A stretch of DNA of 32,000 nucleotides, taken from NCBI GenBank assembly GCA_963663995.1, contig OY760660.1, forward strand, positions 1,380,001 to 1,412,000, given 5' to 3'. Shown piece after piece: positions 26,657 to 32,000 of the stretch. A model generated the notes under the pieces. It did not search any database, was not told the DNA's origin, and saw only the letters and a list, made by a program, of their open reading frames with translations. The position numbers and the translations under genes are program-made. Source of the stretch: Erysipelotrichaceae bacterium. GTDB lineage: Bacteria > Bacillota_I > Bacilli_A > Erysipelotrichales > Erysipelotrichaceae. Position 1 is the stretch's first letter, and each line of letters starts with the position of its first letter.

Positions 26657-28859
26657 AATGCGCGTTAATATTGATTACCTTCGTTTTTTAATCAAACGCA
26701 ATCGAAGATTTATATTTTTAATGTCGGTCGCAATGCTCGTTGTCTTTCCCGTTTTATATCTAACAACTTTAGCCATTAACCCCGACAGTAATCAAGAATC
26801 ACTCAGGATCTTTGGACAAGTCTTAGACCTATTACTTTTGATTACATCCTCAGTGATTCTACCGATTATCTTATTTGCTTATATCAATCATAAAAAGGAT
26901 TTAGATGTCTATCATGCTTTGCCAATCAAACAGGGTGATTTGTTTATTACAAATGTTTTAGCTTCTATTATTCTTATGACTTTACCTTTCTTAATAGGTT
27001 GGTTAAGTGGAAATCTAATTTCATTAGATGCTGAATTCACTTGGGTTAACATGATCGAGAATGCTGTTTCTAGTTTGTTTATGGCTTTTTCAATCTCAGC
27101 CATCGTAACACTTGCTTTAGTCCATGTAGGGACCAGTGTTGATGGTATTCTCTATGCAGCACTTCTTAATGTATTACCCGTGATTGCTTATCTTTCATAT
27201 AACTTATTTAGATCAATTATTTTCTTAGGTTTTAATCAAGATGTATCGATTCGAATTATTGGACTACTCTTTCCAGTCTGGTCAATCTTTGAGAATAATT
27301 TTAACTTGAATAATCGAATGTTTGATTCAGTTTTCTTGAATGGTGTTTATTGGCTTATCTGGACCTTAATCATCTTCAATGTATCACGTCTTGTTTATTT
27401 AAATCGTAAACATGAAAAAGCTGAATCAGCCTTCACAAACAATTATTTTTTCCCAGTTATTTCTAGTTTCTTTATGATATTACTGATTTTTATTATGTAT
27501 TCTACCTTCTATACAATCAGTAATTCTATGAATCAAAGCTATTATGCTTTAGCAAACTTTATTTTCCCATTCTTCTTTGCTGGTTTAGTTTATCTTGTCA
27601 TGGATACCATCTCTCAGAGATCTTTCAAACATCTCTTTAAAGCAATGTTGAAATATTGTCTGATTGCCCTGGCTGGATTTTCACTTTTAATTCTTGGTCT
27701 ATTTTCACGAAGTTTTAGTTTTGTCGAACGTATTCCTGATCTCGATGAAGTCGTTTCAGTAGAATTTGCGATTCAGGATTATGAAAATAGAATATTCCAA
27801 AGTGATTTCACCTACAATGACTACAACAAAAACTTTAATACCCTTAATATTACTGATACAAAAGGAATTCAAACAGTTATTGATTTCCACCAACTCATCC
27901 TTAATGAATATGCCTGGATTGATTATTCAACTAACAATCAATATCAATACAATAATAATTTATTAATTGATTCTATTGAATCTCAAGAAGGATATGTAAA
28001 ATCCTATGAAGATTATCCTTATTCCTTAGAAAATATCTACAATAATGTTTTTGTCTCCATCATTTATCAATTGGAAGGTGGACAAAAGATTGCCCGTGAA
28101 TACTACGTACCCCATCAATGGACTTTAGGTCTATATGAACTTTATGATTCTCCCTCAATTATCAATTTCATGGCTCCAAGTCTTGCTTATGCAGATGAAT
28201 ATTCAACACTTAAGAGTGCTAGCTTAAGAGAGTACAGTAATGCGAATCTAACTATGATTACAGATCTTGATCTAGGCAAACTCAAAGAAGCCTATGAAAA
28301 AGATATGAATAATTGGACAAGCTCAAGTTATCTTGAATTACAAGATCAAACACTAGCTATCTTGAATCTGAAAGTCACTAAAAATGACAAGTATATTGAA
28401 AGTGATATTCCTTTATCAAATCTCACACCAAACACTAATGCCTATCTAAAAAGTTTAGCTGACTTTCCACAAACAGGCAGTGATGCGCGATATATCAATT
28501 TGATCTTTAATGATAAAGTTTCGAACTCTATGTTGTTTCATAAACCCGTCACTTCTGGTCCTTGGTATTACGAAACTGTTGATGGTGGTATAAACTATGT
28601 CGAATTGAATGCAGATTTATATGAAGAAATTCTACCGTATACCACGCAGTTTGGACTATCCAATGAACCATTGTTGGCAATTGTTATTCAAGAAGCGTAT
28701 TATGCTTCAATTGAAATGGATGATATGGGTTATCTCAATACTTTAGTTGTAAAACCTGAATTTGAAGATATTGTATTAGATTTAATTAAAGATGAAGAAA
28801 TTAAAATCACAAATGATTTATTTAGTTTCGAATATCCTGCTGTTACATACATAGACTAA
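26640..28859 (+). CDS. Large (739-aa) putative ABC permease: about 10 TM N-terminal half plus a C-terminal extracytoplasmic domain of about 380 aa with unknown fold
   Basis: ATG at 26640, 8 nt after a GGAGGG SD, overlapping the ATPase stop by 17 nt. Hydrophobic segments run to about 27710. No hydrophobic segment follows, and I recognise no motif in that part. Confidence 0.65.
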   Translation: MANLFRMRVNIDYLRFLIKRNRRFIFLMSVAMLVVFPVLYLTTLAINPDSNQESLRIFGQVLDLLLLITSSVILPIILFAYINHKKDLDVYHALPIKQGDLFITNVLASIILMTLPFLIGWLSGNLISLDAEFTWVNMIENAVSSLFMAFSISAIVTLALVHVGTSVDGILYAALLNVLPVIAYLSYNLFRSIIFLGFNQDVSIRIIGLLFPVWSIFENNFNLNNRMFDSVFLNGVYWLIWTLIIFNVSRLVYLNRKHEKAESAFTNNYFFPVISSFFMILLIFIMYSTFYTISNSMNQSYYALANFIFPFFFAGLVYLVMDTISQRSFKHLFKAMLKYCLIALAGFSLLILGLFSRSFSFVERIPDLDEVVSVEFAIQDYENRIFQSDFTYNDYNKNFNTLNITDTKGIQTVIDFHQLILNEYAWIDYSTNNQYQYNNNLLIDSIESQEGYVKSYEDYPYSLENIYNNVFVSIIYQLEGGQKIAREYYVPHQWTLGLYELYDSPSIINFMAPSLAYADEYSTLKSASLREYSNANLTMITDLDLGKLKEAYEKDMNNWTSSSYLELQDQTLAILNLKVTKNDKYIESDIPLSNLTPNTNAYLKSLADFPQTGSDARYINLIFNDKVSNSMLFHKPVTSGPWYYETVDGGINYVELNADLYEEILPYTTQFGLSNEPLLAIVIQEAYYASIEMDDMGYLNTLVVKPEFEDIVLDLIKDEEIKITNDLFSFEYPAVTYID

Positions 28860-28885
28860 AAAAAGACACTTCGGTGTCTTTTTAT
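28858..28885. terminator. Bidirectional terminator between the ABC operon and the convergent regulator
   Basis: AAAAAAGACAC-ttcg-GTGTCTTTTTAT, symmetric with A and T runs on both sides. Confidence 0.8.
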
Positions 28886-29883
28886 TCAGCCATTAAGAAA
28901 TGTTCCTTTTGAACTTGTGAGAAGTTGTGGTCCACTACATGATTGAAGTATTCCCAATCTTCTTCCGTTTCTAAATATTGTTTAAGATTAAAGAGAATAT
29001 TTCGTAATTTATCAACATCTTTTCGCTCTTCTAATATATGAATGAGTTGATGCTGAAGATGGAAGAAATGTTTCTTCGCTTCGTATGCCTTTTCTAATTG
29101 CCATTCATTATGAAAGTTATATAAGAGGCCTTTGCCATAAGTGAGTAAAGCCAACTCTAAGCGATGATTTGATATCCTATTCGCATCCAATTCCATAAAG
29201 TTTATATAATCAATAGAAACATGATTACACACTAAATGGTATTCCTGGTCAAAGTATTCAATTCTTATGTATTCATCTATATGTTGAATATCTTGTCTAA
29301 GTTCATAAATGAGCGCTTTTAGTTCATGAATTGAATAAGCAAATTCCTTATCATTCATTAAATCTTTCGCCATATCTACAGCACCAGCTTTAAATTTATG
29401 TAGGATCAGATAAGCAATGATTTCTTTTTGACGTTTACGAACGATTCGCACATTTCGTGAATTCATTTTCACTTCCATACTTCCAAACATCTTAACCGAT
29501 ACATCTCCCACAAATTTTTCAACAGCACGATATCTATAATGTCTCGCATTGCAAACAACTGTTTTTAGTCGATAAGGATTTATTGGTTTTAAGATATATT
29601 CAATGTCATAGTTTTCGAATACTTCCGCTTCATTATTTTTAAAACGTGTTAAGAAAACAATGTACGTGTTAGGATTAGCATTTTTTAATTGAAAAGCTAT
29701 TTCAAAAGGATCCTCATGATTAATTGAATAATCTATAAAAATCATTTGATAATCATGAGCTGCTTTATAATCAAATTGACTTAAATCATTTATCACTGTG
29801 ACATCTGACATATTAAGATGAGTTAGTTGTTCAACTAGCTGACTTGTAATATTATGATGTGCTTCTAAAATTAAACTTCTCAT
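28882..29883 (-). CDS. Atypical receiver domain fused to a SARP-type winged helix + BTAD domain (orphan response regulator-like activator)
   Basis: REC-like N-terminus: FIDYS Asp, FLT Thr and ILKP Lys are present, but the N-terminal acidic pair is replaced by E-A. Then FGSMEV ... RQKEIIAYLIL ... ELKALIYELRQ (OmpR/SARP wHTH) and LELALLTYGKGLLYNFHNEW (BTAD-like). GGGGGG SD. Confidence 0.6.
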   Translation of the reverse strand: MRSLILEAHHNITSQLVEQLTHLNMSDVTVINDLSQFDYKAAHDYQMIFIDYSINHEDPFEIAFQLKNANPNTYIVFLTRFKNNEAEVFENYDIEYILKPINPYRLKTVVCNARHYRYRAVEKFVGDVSVKMFGSMEVKMNSRNVRIVRKRQKEIIAYLILHKFKAGAVDMAKDLMNDKEFAYSIHELKALIYELRQDIQHIDEYIRIEYFDQEYHLVCNHVSIDYINFMELDANRISNHRLELALLTYGKGLLYNFHNEWQLEKAYEAKKHFFHLQHQLIHILEERKDVDKLRNILFNLKQYLETEEDWEYFNHVVDHNFSQVQKEHFLMAE

Positions 29884-29905
29884 ATGCCCCCCGTAATTAT
29901 TACTA

Positions 29906-29934
29906 AAACTAAAGCATTAATAGTATTTTGTCAA
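29906..29934 (-). promoter_or_regulatory. Candidate promoter of the REC-SARP gene (TTGACA-N17-TAGTTT); the -35 lies within a tandem heptad TTTGAAC-TTTGACA
   Basis: The minus strand reads gcTTTGAACTTTGACAaaatactattaatgcttTAGTTT. The -10 is weak. Confidence 0.3.
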
Positions 29935-30019
29935 AGTTCAAAGCTTATAGCAAACTATATGAATACGATTGTATGAATTTAGAAATCTTTTTAACTTTTA
30001 TGTCAATTAATGTTCTATT

Positions 30020-30042
30020 AATAAAGGGCTAAGCCCTTTATT
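30020..30042. terminator. Symmetric hairpin AATAAAGGGC-taa-GCCCTTTATT; probable terminator of the HTH-PfkB gene
   Basis: 10-bp perfect stem with a 3-nt loop. TTTATT follows the GC core on both strands. It lies about 150 nt downstream of the 30196 stop. Confidence 0.45.
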
Positions 30043-30195
30043 GTTAAACGATAAACCTAACACTCATTTCATATAGAATGGTGCTAGCTTCAATGTTCCC
30101 CATAAGCATAGAGCTTTCACTTATTTATTTAAACTGTATCGTTTTAATGTCCTAATATTATCCCCATTAATATATTTGTAATAATAACATTTTTA

Positions 30196-31287
30196 TTAAA
30201 TAAAGTATTCTTTTTGTTTGTAACGAAGTGTTTCCTCATTCAAATTTTGTGCAATCGTATCACTATTTTCAATACATAATGCCGCTGCACTAAGCGCTAA
30301 TTGAACACTCTCTTTTAAACTGCAATTATTTACTCTTGCATAGACTAAGGCAGAAATAAATGCATCACCTGAGCCCGTTGTATTCTTAATCTTTACAGCT
30401 GGATTCATAAAAAAGTTAGCTTCATTTTCAGTAGAAGCATAAACACCTTTTGATCCTAGAGATATAAAAACATTCTTTACCCCTAATTCGTGCAATTTAT
30501 GTGCTGCCATTTTGATATCATCATCATTTTTTATTTTTATACCTGTTAAAATCTGTGCTTCTAATTGATTAGGTTTCAAAGTGTCTACTTTGTTTAAGAT
30601 ATTTACAAGTTTCAATGCTTTAGTACTTGAAACTGTATCAATAAATATAGGCGCTTGAGTATATGAACATACTTCTGCGATAACATCCTCTTTTAAGTTT
30701 GCATCCATAACAATTATTTGAGCGGATTGTATGATTGCTTTTTTTGTTTTAATAAAGTCTAAATCAATATAATCAACACTTTTCATTGAATTTATCGCTA
30801 CATTCATATCATGGTTTTGATCAAGAACTGCTAAATAAACTGATGTCATTTGATCTTTTATGATAAGTGAGTCTGCCATATTTAAACCAATCGATAATGA
30901 ATGATCTAGTATCTTCTTTCCAAAAACATCATCACCCAAAGCTGAAATTAGTTTTGTATTCAATCCTAACTTTGTACAGTTTTCAGCAATATTTCTCCCA
31001 ACCCCACCTAGTGATAGTTCAATTGAACCAATATTAGAGTCGCGTGCTATTAATTTATTATCAGGGATTCCGGTTATATCGATATTACTCGCACCAATGA
31101 CTAAGATATAGGGTTCTTCATTAAGAATATAACCTTTCCCTAAGATTAAGCCTTTTTTCATTAGATTAGTGATATGCACTGCTACACTTGAACGCGCTAG
31201 ATTTAATCGTAGTGCTAAATCATTTTGTGAAATACTAGGTTCTGCTTTGATAATCTCTAATATCTCTTTTTCTCTATTACTTATCAT
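30196..31287 (-). CDS. N-terminal winged-helix HTH fused to a PfkB-family carbohydrate/nucleoside kinase (YeiI/pseudouridine-kinase-like architecture)
   Basis: REKEILEIIKAEPSISQNDLALRLNLARSSVAVHITNLMKKGLI HTH, then a ribokinase fold with the GGVGRN and C-terminal TTGSGDAF motifs. Confidence 0.8.
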   Translation of the reverse strand: MISNREKEILEIIKAEPSISQNDLALRLNLARSSVAVHITNLMKKGLILGKGYILNEEPYILVIGASNIDITGIPDNKLIARDSNIGSIELSLGGVGRNIAENCTKLGLNTKLISALGDDVFGKKILDHSLSIGLNMADSLIIKDQMTSVYLAVLDQNHDMNVAINSMKSVDYIDLDFIKTKKAIIQSAQIIVMDANLKEDVIAEVCSYTQAPIFIDTVSSTKALKLVNILNKVDTLKPNQLEAQILTGIKIKNDDDIKMAAHKLHELGVKNVFISLGSKGVYASTENEANFFMNPAVKIKNTTGSGDAFISALVYARVNNCSLKESVQLALSAAALCIENSDTIAQNLNEETLRYKQKEYFI

Positions 31288-31352
31288 TTTGTTTAGCCTC
31301 TAAACATTTCTTTATTTCAAGTGTAATGAAAAAAATATTGAATCTCAATCGT

Positions 31353-31979
31353 TTAATAGGGAATATTTTCTATTTCTGCACTTGCTCTCCAGAAATAGAA
31401 GGACGCAGCTGATAAATGAGGGCTTAAACGCTTTTTAATTTTATTAAAGAAAGCGGGGGTAATTTCCTTTTTATGATAGATGCGCATCATGCCTCTTAAG
31501 ATAGCTAAATCACCATAACTCAAAATGTCTTCCTTCTCCAAAGTGAAGATCAACAACATTTCCACTGTCCATCTTCCTACCCCTTTAATCGGTAGTAGAA
31601 AATTACTAATCTCTTCAGAACTGTATTGATGTAAGTCATCAAATGGTACAGAACCATCGATTTTGGCTTGAGCGATATTCTTCAAATAGGAACTTTTAGA
31701 ATTTGACATCCCACACGCTCTGATATCATCAATCGAAGCATCTAGTATCTTTTGTGGATCACCTTTTTCAAAGGCACTGAAGAAACGATCAGAGATTGAT
31801 TGAGCAGCTTTGGTGCTCACTTGTTGAGAAATAATACAATCTAAACAAGCAAGATAAGGATCTTCAATACCTGTTCGTGATAGAGGACCCATTTTTTGAA
31901 TAAAGGACCCCAAAATGGGATCCTTTTGGATAAGTTCATTCATAGCCTTTTCACTTACCGTGATTTGAAAGGTTTTCAT
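31353..31979 (-). CDS. alkA: HhH-GPD superfamily DNA-3-methyladenine glycosylase II (AlkA-like)
   Basis: ISQQVSTKAA, the LLPIKGVGRWTVEMLLIF helix-hairpin-helix, and the downstream catalytic D in YGDLA. Confidence 0.8.
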   Translation of the reverse strand: MKTFQITVSEKAMNELIQKDPILGSFIQKMGPLSRTGIEDPYLACLDCIISQQVSTKAAQSISDRFFSAFEKGDPQKILDASIDDIRACGMSNSKSSYLKNIAQAKIDGSVPFDDLHQYSSEEISNFLLPIKGVGRWTVEMLLIFTLEKEDILSYGDLAILRGMMRIYHKKEITPAFFNKIKKRLSPHLSAASFYFWRASAEIENIPY

Positions 31980-32000
31980 CGAATTGTTGAACCTGATTGT

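Noticed and set aside
29884-30195. The 310-bp intergenic region upstream of the REC-SARP gene, examined for small ORFs or a structured RNA. An example is a 21-codon minus-strand ORF encoding MLMGNIEASTILYEMSVRFIV.
   Set aside because: The micro-ORFs lack good SDs and have no recognisable features. The only strong structure is the 30020-30042 hairpin, which is adequately explained as the terminator of the upstream kinase gene.

Overview
This 32-kb window is chromosomal sequence from a low-GC, cell-walled Bacillota-type genome. G+C is about one third by eye. The standard genetic code applies: TGA is used as a stop (for example parA at 20204-20206), so this is not a code-4 mollicute. I call 31 protein genes plus one candidate micro-ORF. 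I saw no rRNA, tRNA, CRISPR array, transposase, integrase or phage genes.

Layout:
- 1-4.3 kb: partial degV, a CoA-binding protein, a ChrA-family transporter, a GH1 6-phospho-beta-glucosidase and a GldA-like dehydrogenase.
- 4.3-4.9 kb: a 0.6-kb AT-rich intergenic module bounded by a 35-45 nt inverted repeat. It carries a complete-looking mini-gene for a 41-aa hydrophobic peptide.
- 4.9-8.6 kb, minus strand: murQ, a PTS Lac/Cel-type IIA, a mupG-like DUF871 gene and purB.
- 8.6-10.2 kb: yigZ, a YodB/HxlR-like regulator and wrbA.
- 10.3-24.4 kb: an unbroken 14-kb minus-strand block. In transcription order it reads mnmG-rsmG-noc-like-parA-parB-mnmE-tatD-yabE-like-rnmV-rsmA-ispE-glmU-prs-xpt-eamA. 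It joins two blocks that lie on opposite sides of oriC in Bacillus subtilis.
- 24.4-32 kb, the most accessory-looking part: a ferritin-like/VIT1 iron transporter, a YtrA-type GntR + ABC ATPase + 739-aa permease operon, an orphan atypical REC-SARP/BTAD regulator, an HTH-PfkB kinase and an AlkA-like glycosylase.

The observations most worth follow-up:
1. The IR-bounded module with its toxin-like micro-ORF.
2. (Extended) -10 boxes sitting 6-11 nt from SD-less start codons at eight genes, which suggests frequent leaderless or near-leaderless expression.
3. The GntR-ABC-giant permease operon, whose permease has a C-terminal domain of about 380 aa that I cannot assign, together with the convergent orphan REC-SARP regulator.
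4. A Noc-like ParB paralog that lacks the N-terminal membrane-targeting segment.

I found no recognisable defence or mobile system. All functional calls rest on motif and family recognition by eye, not on database searches.
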